Shown in pieces: positions 11,309 through 22,104 of a stretch of 64,000 bases of DNA; the stretch's first letter is position 1; the number at the start of each line of letters is the position of its first letter. The DNA lies in assembly GCA_963750165.1 (NCBI GenBank), contig CAVVPN010000003.1, forward strand, positions 2,656,001-2,720,000. The letters are read 5' to 3'. The translations under genes were made by a program, and so were the position numbers. This DNA is from an uncultured Gemmataceae bacterium. GTDB lineage: Bacteria > Planctomycetota > Planctomycetia > Gemmatales > Gemmataceae. Under the pieces are notes generated by a model that saw only the letters and a list, made by a program, of their open reading frames with translations, was not told where the DNA came from and searched no databases.

Positions 11309-12670
11309 ATGAACCAACCTATCTCGCGACGTGCAATGCTCCGCACCCTGGGCGCGGGCCTCGGCTCGGTCGCGCTCCATGGCCTGCTGGCCGACGAGCG
11401 GGCCCGCGCAGCGACCACGCCGGCGCCGCACTTCGCCGCAAAGGCGAAGCACAACATCGTCCTGTTCATGCCCGGCGGTCCGTCGCAGATCGATCTGTTC
11501 GACCCCAAACCCGCACTGCGGCGCTACGTCGGCCAGCGTCCCGATGCCGTCAACCTGCGCACCGAACGCACCACCGGCGGCCTGCTCCCGTCCCCCTTCG
11601 TCTTCCGCAAGCACGGCCGGGCCGGTCTCGAAATCAGCGAACTGCTGCCCAACCTCGCCGCGCTCGCCGACGACCTCTGTGTTGTCCGGTCGCTGCACAC
11701 GTTCAACCCCACGCACACGCCCGCGCGCAGCCTGTTCCACACCGGCAACATCGCCGCCACCCGGCCCTCGATGGGCTCGTGGATTTCGTACGGTCTGGGC
11801 TCCGAAAACCAGAACCTGCCGGGGTTCGTCGTCCTCAGCCCCGGCGGTGGCGGCGGTCCCGGCCTGCGCAGCGGCTTCCTGCCCGCGCACCATCAGGGCA
11901 CCGCGTTCGACGATGCCGTCACCGATCCGGAACGGATGATCCGCCACCTGCGAAACCGGCAACTCACGCCCACCGCCCAGCGCCAGCAGCTGGACCTGGT
12001 GCAACAACTCAACCGCGACCACGAACGAACCGTCGGCGGGGACGAATTGCTCGAAGCCCGCATCCAGGCCATGGAAACCGCCTTCCGCATGCAGACCGAG
12101 GCCACGGACGCCTTCGACGTGCGCGGCGAGCCCGCGGCCGTGCGCGAACAGTACGGGTGGTCGCCGTTCGCCAACGGCTGCCTGCTGGCGCGCCGCCTCG
12201 TGGAGCGCGGCGTGCGCACCGTGCATGTCTACTACGGCCCCGGCCAGCCCTGGGACGACCACGGCCGGATCGCGCAGAACCTGCGCGGCCGCTGCCCGGA
12301 CATGGACCGCGCCTCTGCCGCCCTGATTCGGGACCTCAAACGCCGGGGCCTGCTCGACGAAACCGCCGTGGTCTGGGGCGGCGAATTCGGCCGCACGCCC
12401 GTTTCCGAGAGTGGCGACGGCCGGGACCACAACCCCTACGGCTTCACGATGTTCATGGCCGGCGGCGGCTTCAAGGGCGGCACCTGCCACGGTGCCACGG
12501 ACGAATTCGGTTTCCGCGCCGTCGAGGATCGCGTCTCCATCCACGACCTGCACGCCACGCTGCTGCACGTGCTCGGCATCGACCACGAACGGCTCACGTA
12601 CCGCTACGCCGGCCGCGACTTTCGGCTGACAGATGTGTATGGCGAGGTCGTCCAGGAGCTGCTGGTGTAA
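11309..12670 (+). CDS. DUF1501 domain protein
   Basis: SRRAMLR, GGPSQIDLFDPKP, LARRLVERGVR, WGGEFGRTP, GRDHNP, HDLHAT. Confidence 0.93.
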   Translation: MNQPISRRAMLRTLGAGLGSVALHGLLADERARAATTPAPHFAAKAKHNIVLFMPGGPSQIDLFDPKPALRRYVGQRPDAVNLRTERTTGGLLPSPFVFRKHGRAGLEISELLPNLAALADDLCVVRSLHTFNPTHTPARSLFHTGNIAATRPSMGSWISYGLGSENQNLPGFVVLSPGGGGGPGLRSGFLPAHHQGTAFDDAVTDPERMIRHLRNRQLTPTAQRQQLDLVQQLNRDHERTVGGDELLEARIQAMETAFRMQTEATDAFDVRGEPAAVREQYGWSPFANGCLLARRLVERGVRTVHVYYGPGQPWDDHGRIAQNLRGRCPDMDRASAALIRDLKRRGLLDETAVVWGGEFGRTPVSESGDGRDHNPYGFTMFMAGGGFKGGTCHGATDEFGFRAVEDRVSIHDLHATLLHVLGIDHERLTYRYAGRDFRLTDVYGEVVQELLV

Positions 12671-12807
12671 CCCCGTGGCGCCGCGGCAATGCCTTGCCCT
12701 GGGGCAGTGATCCAAAACGCAATGGAGGGGAGTCACCGGGCCACCGGGTCACCATGTCGGAATCCGATGCCGTCCCATGCCGCCCGCTGCCATCCAGAGT
12801 AACCGGG

Positions 12808-12884
12808 GCGAAAAGGGGGCCAGGTCAGGTTTCACACGATTTTGAGAATCGTATGAAAACTGACCTGGCCCCCCTTTTCGCTTC
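12808..12884. repeat. 75-bp REP-like hairpin (GCGAAAAGGGG..CAGGTCA / TGACCTG..CCCCTTTTCGC), copy 1
   Basis: Inverted arms around ACGATTTTGAGAATCGT; near-identical at 17211-17285. Confidence 0.88.
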
Positions 12885-13107
12885 CGGCGCTGGCCGCGGC
12901 CTGCGGTGACGTGCAGACGCGCGGAGCATGCGGAGACTTCTCGTCACCAATTTAAGACTGTCCGGGTGGCTTGTCGTTTTCCCGGCGTTTCTTACTTGCA
13001 ATCCGAAAAGGGGGCGGTTACGCGGCCGCCAGCGTAAAACTGGGAAAACCGAGGCGCGGCGAGCGCCCCAATCCATGTTCGGCCTTGTAGCCGTAAATAA
13101 TGACCCC
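12885..13107 (+). mobile_element. Dispersed cargo-carrying repeat, copy A (shorter; inverted relative to B and C)
   Basis: Reverse complement of 16834-17100 and 22105-22334 with few substitutions; ends AAATAATGACCCC. Confidence 0.85.
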
Positions 13108-13340
13108 TCTCTACAGGTCCCATCCCCGCCCCCGTCGCCTGTTACTTCATGCCCGGCGTCGGCTGGTACGCCCGTTCAGGGGAGTGCCACCCGACTGATT
13201 GTTGGAAAAAAATGTCCGAAAATACTTTTTCCGGCCCCGCCGGCTACTTCCGCATACCAGACTGAAGAGGGACGGATTTGGTCCACTCCCCGTAGCCGCC
13301 GCCCCCCACCCGCGCTTTCCTTTTCCCAACGGAGCAGCTT

Positions 13341-16300
13341 ATGTGGCCCGCGTTCCGCAGTCCGTCCTGTCGCCCACCGATTGCCCGCCCCCGCGGCGCC
13401 CGCGCCGCGGGCGCACCTCGCTCCACCTGGAGATGCTTGAGGACCGTACCGTCCCGACGAACCTGGTCTACTGGCACGGCGGCTCCATCCTGCAAAACGT
13501 CATCGCCGTCCCGACCTTCTGGGGCACCAGCTTCGCGTCGCAGTACAAGAGCCTGGAGACCCAGGAAACCAACTTCACGTCCTACCTCGTCAACAGTACC
13601 TACATGGACATGATGTCCGAGTACGGCACGCCGGCCACCTCGGCGATTGAGGAAACGGACCAGCCCGGCGGCGCTCCGGTCTTCACGTCCACCAACCACC
13701 CGGCCCACACCATCGGCCGCGGCTCCGTCGGCGACGTGGAGGTGGACACCGACCCCGGCGCGCCGACGACCGGCACCACCGTCACGGACGGCCAGATTCA
13801 GGACAACATCGCCGGCGACCTGTTCGCCAACACTCTGGACTCGCTGGGCGTGCCGGGCGTCTCCGCCCTCGACGAGAGCTTTTTCGACAACAACTACCAG
13901 TCGCTCTACCCCGACGTGCTGTTCGTCGTCTACCTGCCGCCGGGCGTCAACGTGCAGGACGCCAACGGCCAGACCCTCTACCAGTTCCAGAACGGCTCGG
14001 AGGAGCGCGGCTATCACGGCACGTTCGGCCTGGACCAGCAGGGCAACGTGGACCGCTTCAGCAACGGCAGTGACGCGCTCGGCTCCAACGACGTTTTCGT
14101 CCACTACGCGGTTGTGCCGTACCCCACCGGCGGCGTCAGCACGACCAACTTCGACCAGGTGACCATTACCGCCTCGCACGAGATCATGGAGGCGGTTACC
14201 GACCCGCTGCAGGAGACGGACAACAGCGGCAACATCACCCAGGCCGGCTTCATCATCGACAACCCGACGGCCTTCGACAGCCACCTCGGCAGCGGCGACA
14301 ACGAGGTCGGCGACCTGGTGGAGTTCCAGCCGCCCAACCTGTCGGTCTCGGAGCTGGGCGGCTACGCCGTGCAGAACATGTTCTCCAACGTGGTCTACAA
14401 CGCCAACCACGCCTCGCACGGCATCAAGGCGCCCGCCGGCTCCACGAGCTACGGCGGCTTCGCCCTGGCCGACGGCGACGACAACCCGCAGCACACGAGC
14501 GCACCCGTGCTCGGCAGCACCAGCACCTCGGTCACCACGCTGCCCAACGGCCACACGCTGACCATCTCCACGACGACGCTGGCCAACGGCACCGTCACCG
14601 GCACCTTCAGCGCCCAGCTGGACCCGTCGGGCCTCGGCACCACCGAGGCCGACGTCAAGCCGGTGGACGGCATCAACGTCTACAGCTTCAACGAGACCAT
14701 CACGCCGCAGGGCATGCTGACCGGCAACTTCACGATCACGGCCGAGGGCAAGGCACTGGGCTACACGGTGCCGGACGCGCCGTCGCTGGTGCCCAGCACT
14801 GCCCTGGCCCTGACCGCCGTGTCGCCCAACAACACCGCGACCAGCTGGACGTTCTCGGGGCAGCTGGCCAGCTTCACCGATGCCGCCGGCGCCAGCGACG
14901 CCGCCAGCATCAACTGGGGCGACGGCAGCCTCACGGCCGGCACCATCGTCGCCGACGCGAACGTGCCCGGCCAGTTCGACGTGAAGGGCACGCACACCTA
15001 CGCCGCCGGCTCGACCGGCACGAACCGCTCGGTGTACGTCATCATCCACAAGTCGGACGGCAGCCAGGTGGTCGCCGACGCGCAGATCATCAACGGCGTC
15101 GCGGACCTGGTGGCGACGGCGCTGCCGGCGGACGAGGTGCAAGGCTCGTCGGCGGTGGTCGCCCTGGACGTGTTCTCGGACCTGGGCGGCCTGCACTCGG
15201 CCAGCTGGTACACGGCGACGGTGAACTGGGGCGACGGCACGGTCACGTCCGGTTCGGTGGTCGCGTCGGGCAGCCAGTTCGTGGTGCTGGGCAACCACCC
15301 CTATCAGCAACCCGGGCACTACCACGTCACGGTCACCGTGCAGGACATCGACAGCAGCAAGGACACGTTCCCGAGCACCGTCACGGTGCGGGCCACCCAG
15401 CCGAGCGCCATCGGCGGCTTCGACCCGACGACGGCGACGTGGTACCTGCACAACGGCGTCGGCGGTGGCGCCGCGGACGCCGGCTCGTTCCAGTACGGCG
15501 CGCCCGGCTGGATTCCGGTGACCGGCGACTGGACGGGCAGCGGCCACGAGGGCATCGGCGTCTACAACCCGGCGACGGCGACGTGGTATCTGCGCAATTC
15601 GGTGACGCCGGGCCCCGCCGACGAGGTGATCCAGTTCGGGGCGCCGGGCTGGCTGCCGGTGGTCGGCGACTGGAGCGGCGGCGGTCACACCGGCATCGGC
15701 GTGGTCAACCCGAGCACCGACACGTGGTATCTGCGCAACGAAGACAGCCCCGGGGCCGCGGACGCGGGCACGTTCCAGTTCGGCGCCCCCGGCTGGCTGC
15801 CCGTGGCGGGCGACTGGAACGCGACGGGCCGGGCCGGCATTGGCGTCTACAACCCGAGCACGGCGACGTGGTATCTGCGCGGCGAGGCCAGCGGCGGGCC
15901 AATCGACGTTGGCACCGTGCAGTACGGTGCGCCGGGTTGGACGCCGATCGTCGGCGACTGGGGCGGCCACGGCCACACCGGCCTGGGCATCCTCAACCCG
16001 GCCGGCGGCGCCTGGTATCTGCGCAACGAGGTGACGGCTGGCCCACCGGACGCCGGGGTGTTCGGCTACGGTTCGCCGGGCTGGCTGCCGGTGGCGGGCG
16101 GGTGGATCGGTTCGGCCCGCAACGGCATTGGCGCCGTCAACCCGGCGACGGCGACGTGGTATCTGCGCAACCAGGCCAGCGCCGGCGGCGTCACGGTCGG
16201 CGCCTTCCAGTTCGGCTCGGCCGGCTGGATTCCGCTGGTGGGCGACTGGAACGGCACCGGCCACGACGGCATCGGCGAGTACGACCCGAGCACGGCGACG

Positions 16301-16822
16301 TGGTATCTGCGCAACGAGGACAACGGCGGCCCCGCCGACGCGGGCGTCTTCCAGTTCGGGGCGCCGGGCTGGATTCCGGTGGTCGGCGACTGGACGGGCG
16401 CGGGCCACACGGGCATCGGCGTCTTCGACCCGCGCACCGCCACGTGGTATCTGCGCGTCGAGGCCAGCGGCGGCCCCGCCGACGCGGGCGTCTTCCAGTA
16501 CGGGGCGGCCAACTGGATTCCGGTGACCGGCGACTGGACGGGGGCCGGCTACACGGGCATCGGCGTCTTCGACCCGGGCACGGCGACGTGGTATCTGCGC
16601 ACGCTGGCCAACCCGGGTCCGGCCAACGCGGTGTTCCAGTACGGGGCGCCGGGCTGGCTGCCGGTGGTCGGCGACTGGTCGGGCGACGGCTTCGACGGCA
16701 TCGGCGTGTACTACCCCGGCAGCGGGGCGTGGTATCTGCGCTCCACCCCGAGCGCGGGGCCGCAGACGATGGCGTTCGGTTACGGGTCGCCGGGCTGGAA
16801 GCCGGTTGTTGGGGAGTTTTAG
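13341..16822 (+). CDS. Large secreted protein: LExLEDR motif, HExxE domain, PKD-like Ig domains, 10 FG-GAP-like repeats
   Basis: LHLEMLEDRTVP; HEIMEAVTDP...NEVGD; INWGDG/VNWGDG; ten ~47-aa GxxxPxxxxWYLR...GDW repeats. Start uncertain (ATG 13341 plus frameshift, or GTG 13343). Confidence 0.85.
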
Positions 16823-16833
16823 GGAGAGGAAAC

Positions 16834-17208
16834 GGGGTCAGGTTTATTTACGGCTACAAGGCCGAACATGGATTGGGGCGCTCGCCGCGCCTCGGTTTTC
16901 CCAGTTTTGCGCTGGCCGGCGGCCGCGTACAGACGTGTGTGTCTTGCGCGGCCGCCGACCAGCGCAACCGCCCCCTTTTCGGATCGCAAGTGAGAAACGC
17001 CGGGGAAACGACAAGCCACCCGGACAGTCTTAAATTAGTGACGAGAAGTCTCCGCATGCTCCGCGCGTCTGCACGTCACCGCAGGCCGCGGCCAGCGCCG
17101 CGACGTGCGCCGGCGTCGTGCCGCAGCAGCCGCCGACCAGCACCGCCCCCGCCCGCACCACCTCCGGTAACCAGTCCGCCAGCTGCCCCGGTGTCACCGG
17201 ATACCCCC
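16834..17208 (-). mobile_element. Dispersed cargo-carrying repeat, copy B, with homocysteine S-methyltransferase 3' fragment (17030-17207)
   Basis: Nearly identical to 22105-22440; minus strand encodes YPVTPGQLADWLPEVVRAGAVLVGGCCGTTPAHVAAL. Confidence 0.85.
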
Positions 17209-17210
17209 AG

Positions 17211-17285
17211 GCGAAAAGGGGCCAGGTCAGTTTTCACACGATTTTGAGAATCGTATGAAACATGACCTGACCCCCTTTTCGCTTC
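17211..17285. repeat. 75-bp REP-like hairpin, copy 2
   Basis: Same arms and loop as 12808-12884, same orientation. Confidence 0.88.
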
Positions 17286-17483
17286 CGAGAACGATGCCGG
17301 TGGGCACCGCTCGGCTCTCGGGATGTCGAATGACGATTTTCAGAATCGTGTTATCGGTCTCTGCCCCTTTTATCCTCCCCTTTTATTCTCTCGCGCTTTT
17401 TCTTTGCTATCAGCGGGTTATGAGAAGCGTCCCCGTTTTCTCCCGGTGGCTTTTTTCTCTGGCGTCTCGCCGCAAGCGCGTTG

Positions 17484-20400
17484 TTATTCCGGGGGCTGAT
17501 TTTCTTCCTGGGCTGTCGGGAGCAGTTGCCCGAGAAGTTTCGCAATCTGCTCGGCCTCGGGTAAGCCGTGCTCCCGTGCAGTTTGCAGTGCCCAGAAGAG
17601 ATGGCCCAGCGCCGTTTCTATCTCCTCTGTACGGCCGCGCTGCAACAGCGTCAGGCCGATGTTGGTCCGGCAGACGATCAGTTCGCGCACGTCGCCGAGG
17701 CGCTCGTAGACGGGCAGTTGCTTCTCCTGGCGGATGGCCAGGGCCTCGTCCAGCCGGCCCCGCGCGAACAGGATGTCGGCGACCTTGCCGTGCGCGACCG
17801 CCAGGGAGCGCACGTCGCCGAGGCGCTCGTAGACGGGCAGTTCCTTCTCCTGACGGATGGCCAGGGCCTCGTCCAGCCGGCCCCACCGGAACAGGATGTC
17901 GGCGACCTTGCCGTGCGTGACCGCCAGGGAGCGCACGTCGCCGAGGCGCTCGTAGACGGGCAGTTCCTTCTCCTGGCGGATGGCCAGGGCCTCGTCCAGC
18001 CGGCCCCGCGCGAACAGGATGTCGGCGACCTGGCCGTGCGTGACCGCCAGTTCGCGCACGTCGCCGAGGCGCTCGTAGACGGGCAGTTGCTTCTCCTGGC
18101 GGATGGCCAGGGCCTCGTCCAGCCGGCCCCACCGGAACAGGATGTCGGCGATGTCGCCGTGCGTGACCGCCAGGGAGCGCACGTCGCCGAGGCGCTCGTA
18201 GACGGGCAGTTCCTTCTCCTGGCGGATGGCCAGGGCCTCGTCCAGCCGGCCCCGCGCGAACAGGATGTCGGCGACCTTGCCGTGCGTGACCGCCAGGGAG
18301 CGCACGTCGCCGAGGCGCTCGTAGACGGGCAGTTCCTTCTCCTGACGGATGGCCAGGGCCTCGTCCAGCCGGCCCCGCCGGAACAGGATGTCGGCCAGAC
18401 GGCCGTTGGCAACGGCTTCTTGATTCTCTTTGCGGAGTTTTGCGAATAGCCCGATGGCCTGGCGAATGTACTGTTCCGCCTTCGCCACGTCTCCCTTGCT
18501 AAACAGCAGTTCGCCAAGTTCGGCCAGGGCCTGCGCCCGTTCTTCGGTATCCTGTGTCCCCGCCACTTCCAGGGCGCGTTCCAGGAGTTGCTGTGCGTCC
18601 TCGGCATCCCCGACAATCTGACAGGACAGTGCGGAAAGACGAAGAAGGTGAAACGGCGGCACGGCGTGCGCCTGGTCAATGACTGCGATGGATTGCCTCC
18701 CCAGGGCGGCGGCGTCCCGGTAGGCGTGCCGGGCGCGCAACATGCCGACCACCTCGCCGGCATCGGCGGCCACGACCTCGGCGTCGCGGGCCAGGATGCC
18801 CATGCGCGTCAATTCTCTGTTCAGGGGCAACGGTCGGGCCTGCGCCCCCGCCGCCCCGCCCCACGCGGCAAACAGTGGCTTGCAAACCAGCGTCGCCAGT
18901 TGCGCTGCTTCCGCCTGGTTCATGATGACGAACCTTCCTGTTCCAGTTGAGGCCGCACCAGTGGATCGACCAGCGCGTGATCGTGGCCGCGGCGGAAATC
19001 GAGCGGGTTTTCAAACCGATTGAGCAGGCCCAGGTCGAACTGGCGTTGCACGGCCGCGACGGCCGCCGCGGCATCCGCATGGTGCCGCGGATGAAGAAGT
19101 GGCAGCACCGCTTGCGGCGCCGGGATTTCAAACAGCGTCGAGCGGCGCAGCAGTTCGCGCTCATCGGGTGTGAGCAACCCGAGCAGTTCGTGGATCGCGA
19201 CGATGTTGAGGAACTCGCGCAGGCGCGGTTCGCTGGTCTGTCCTCGCGTCCGGAATTCCTGGGCGGCCTCCCGGAAGCGCTGGAAGGCGTCCGCGCTTTC
19301 GGCCCGCAGGCGGGCCGCGCGGCTCATGAGGCTCGGACTGCCGAACGCATCGTCGATGGCGCCGGCAAGTTCCTGGAAGAGTTGCTGCTCACTATCGAGC
19401 GCCTCCTGGGGGCTGATACCCGGGTTGTGCTTGATCTGCTCCGCGACCCGTTGCCGGGCCAGTTGCAACGTCTGCCGCAGCATTTCGCCGGGGGCCATGT
19501 CCGGCAGCTGGTAGAACGCCAGGCGCCGGTCCGCGTCCTTGCCGTTCACGACGCAGGTGAAGCGATACCGGCACGTGATCAGCAGCAAGGAGTCGTGTTC
19601 CGTGGTCGCGAAGGCGGTCACCAGGGCGGCGACCCCCGCCTCCAGTTCCGGCCTGACGCGGTGCAGCTTGCCGGGCATCGATTCCAGGGCACGTTCAAAA
19701 TCGTCCACGACCAGGAGGATCGGGCGCTGCTCGGCGCGGCCGCCGTGCGTGTGCAGCTCGCGCAAGGGGCCGCGCAACAGCCGGGCCAGCACCAGGGTGA
19801 AGGCGTCAGCCGTCAACTCCCCGGAGCCGGCCTCGTCGAGGATGCGCTGGACCTCCACGGCGCCGGCGTGTCCCTCCAGCGCGGTGGACGAGCGGAGCGC
19901 CCGCAGGATGCCCGCCGGCGTGTAGTCGTTGAATACGACCACCAGGTCGTAGGATGGGAAGCGCGAGGCCAGGCGGCAGGCGAGACTGCTCTTGCCGTGT
20001 TGCCCGAGTCCGTGGATCACCGTGGGTTGGTGCGTGCGCAGACAACGCAGGACGTCCTGCAAGGGGCGGCGGCGGCCCACAAACTCATACCGCGACGCGA
20101 CGGGGATCTGCTTGTTGATCCTGTCGAGGAATTCCTGATCCGCGCGGCCGGCGTCGTGCCAGTGGCGGCGCCGGTCGCCGCCGGTGATCTTGCCGCCGCC
20201 CTGCGCCCAAAAAAGACGCGGGCCTTGTGCCATTCCGTTTTTACTTCCCTGTCTCCGTGGCGGCCCAGCGTTTTCCGGGCCTGGGCGACGGCGGCCTCCA
20301 GCGACTCCCGCATGGCCAGGCGCCGGTACAGTTCGGCGGCGAAACAGGTGGCGCCCACGTCGCTCACCTTGCCCGCCCAGCCGAGGACGGCCGGGAAGCC

Positions 20401-21210
20401 CTTCAGGGCCAGGGCGCCGGCGAGCGAACCGAGCAGCTGATCCGGCTGGGCAGTGGTGCACGCCGACAGGAACAGCAACCGCGGCCGAAACTCGCCGAAC
20501 TGCTCCGCGATCTCCCGCGCCCCGACCAGCTCCGGTTCGCCGAGTTCGGTCTCCAGCGCCAGCACGGGGCGGTCGGTCAGGTTGCCGTGGCACGATAGGT
20601 GGACGATGTCCACGCCGCCGTCGCCCTCGGTCTCCTCCTGAATGCGCCGGGCGAGCGCCTCGAGGTTGCCGGTGTCCTCGCACAGGAAATCGACCCCGGT
20701 CGCGTGAACAGCTTGCAGGATGGCCTGTTCTTCCGCGTCGTGGTCGAGCGGCATGGCGTTGCCGCGCGGGTCGGCGGCCATGAAGACCATGGCCGGGCGG
20801 TAGCGCGACGCGGCGGGCGGTTCCCGTCGGGGGAGCAGGCGGCGGACCACGGAAAACGACAGGAACTCTGCCTCCGCGAGGTAGCCGTCCTCGTCGCGGA
20901 GCAGTTCCCAGGATACGTCCAGGAACAGCCGGTTGCCGCCGGCTTCGAGGACGAACTCGAGCCATAGCGCGTCCGGCGTTTCGTCGCGGTAACGGCCGAG
21001 CAGCCGGTCGGCACCATCGAGCCATTGATAGAGTTCCCGGCCGATCTGAGAACGCCGGTCGGAAGTTGCCGTGCCGCCGGCGTAATCCTGGAGCCAGGTG
21101 GCGAACCGCCCGGCGTCGGCGGGGGTGGTAGGCCGCTGACCCAGGTCGCGCCCGTCGCGCGTGGCGCGGAGATGGGTCGCGGACAGTGAAATGCAAACGG
21201 GCGAGGCCAC
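17484..21210 (-). CDS. CHAT (caspase-like) protease - P-loop NTPase (STAND-like) - TPR protein; apparent frameshifts near 20210 and 18925
   Basis: CHAT dyad DIVHLSCHG / LLFLSAC; Walker A GLGQHGKS; Walker B LLVVDDFE; LLITCRY; TPR repeats in 17484..18923. Confidence 0.85.
17686..18395 (-). repeat. Six near-identical 123-bp (41-aa) TPR coding repeats
   Basis: CGCACGTCGCCGAGGCGCTCGTAGACGGGCAGTT at 17686, 17809, 17932, 18055, 18178, 18301. Confidence 0.95.
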
Positions 21211-21264
21211 GGGTCGCTCCCGATCTGAGAAGCAGGGGCCGGAGGTCGCACGCGGTGGGCACGG

Positions 21265-21711
21265 TTACTGCGCAGGGTTCGCCACCGCCGCCGTCTCCGG
21301 GATGACGGCCACGTCCTTCATGACCTTGCAGGTCAGGTCGTGGAGCTGCTCGGCGTCGCCTTCGTGGAGGAACAGCGCCTTGTCGCCGATGATCGCGCGG
21401 ATGGTGGTCGGCAACTTTTGCTGGGCCCAATGGATCAGACCCAGCCAGTGCAGAACAAGGGCCTCGCGCCGCTTCTCGTACCCTTCGCGGATCTTATCGT
21501 AGACGTGGAACAGCACCACGGCGACTTCCAGAACCACGAGGGTTGCGTGGAGCGGGTCGATCATCTTGTCCGCGCCCGTTCCGGCCAGATCGGTCGATGG
21601 AGCGGCAGTGCGGATGGTGGGTCTGATCTTGAACCGGGCTTCCATCAGGTCGGCGAACTGCTGTGCGACGATGGCGCTGTCCTTGCCCTGGACGCGGAAC
21701 TCGATAGACAT
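21265..21711 (-). CDS. Small protein with central hydrophobic helix, EACC1-like candidate partner of the CHAT protein
   Basis: 148 aa; GGGGG SD-like run before ATG; flexible linker then DPLHATLVVLEVAVVLF; co-oriented 54 bp upstream of the CHAT gene. Confidence 0.7.
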   Translation of the reverse strand: MSIEFRVQGKDSAIVAQQFADLMEARFKIRPTIRTAAPSTDLAGTGADKMIDPLHATLVVLEVAVVLFHVYDKIREGYEKRREALVLHWLGLIHWAQQKLPTTIRAIIGDKALFLHEGDAEQLHDLTCKVMKDVAVIPETAAVANPAQ

Positions 21712-21838
21712 GGTGCCCCCCTTGGGCTTCTGGTTGGGATTGCTTTCAGGTTTATTTTCTCCCCAACCTCCATGATGTCAAGCCCCGGGTAGTCCCGGGC
21801 ACGGAAAAGGGTCCGATTAAAAGGAAGGGACAAAGAGG

Positions 21839-22028
21839 AACCGCACTGGCTACCTTTGGAGGTAGCTAACCCCAGTCGGGCAAGGGGTTAGGTCAACGAA
21901 GCCTTGGATTTTTCAGCCACATTCCGGGTGGGCAAACGAGGCGGGCCGGAGGTCGGCCGGCGGCTCAACCCAGGAAACCCAGGGAAAAATCAGGGATCGA
22001 GACCCCGCCAAAGATAGCCAGTGCGGTT
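21839..22028. mobile_element. 190-bp MITE with 21-bp TIRs and 11-bp target duplication
   Basis: AACCGCACTGGCTACCTTTGG ... CCAAAGATAGCCAGTGCGGTT (20/21 match); GGACAAAGAGG at 21828-21838 and 22029-22039. Confidence 0.92.
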
Positions 22029-22104
22029 GGACAAAGAGGGCTCATCTCATTCTGGCAGCTGGCTCGTCGGAATGGGTTATTTCTTCGCTAAAACCCACAT
22101 ACCA

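Noticed and set aside
15410..16810. Repeated ACGTGGTATCTGCGC motifs as a DNA-level repeat system or DGR
   Set aside because: Explained by TWYLR protein repeats; no reverse transcriptase and no adenine-specific variation
17686..18395. 123-bp periodic repeats as a CRISPR array
   Set aside because: No unique spacers; the units are in-frame TPR coding repeats
18920..18923. ATGA overlap as proof that the TPR part is a separate gene
   Set aside because: One missing base would fuse the frames (QEG-FVIMNQ), and the window has many such errors; unresolved without reads
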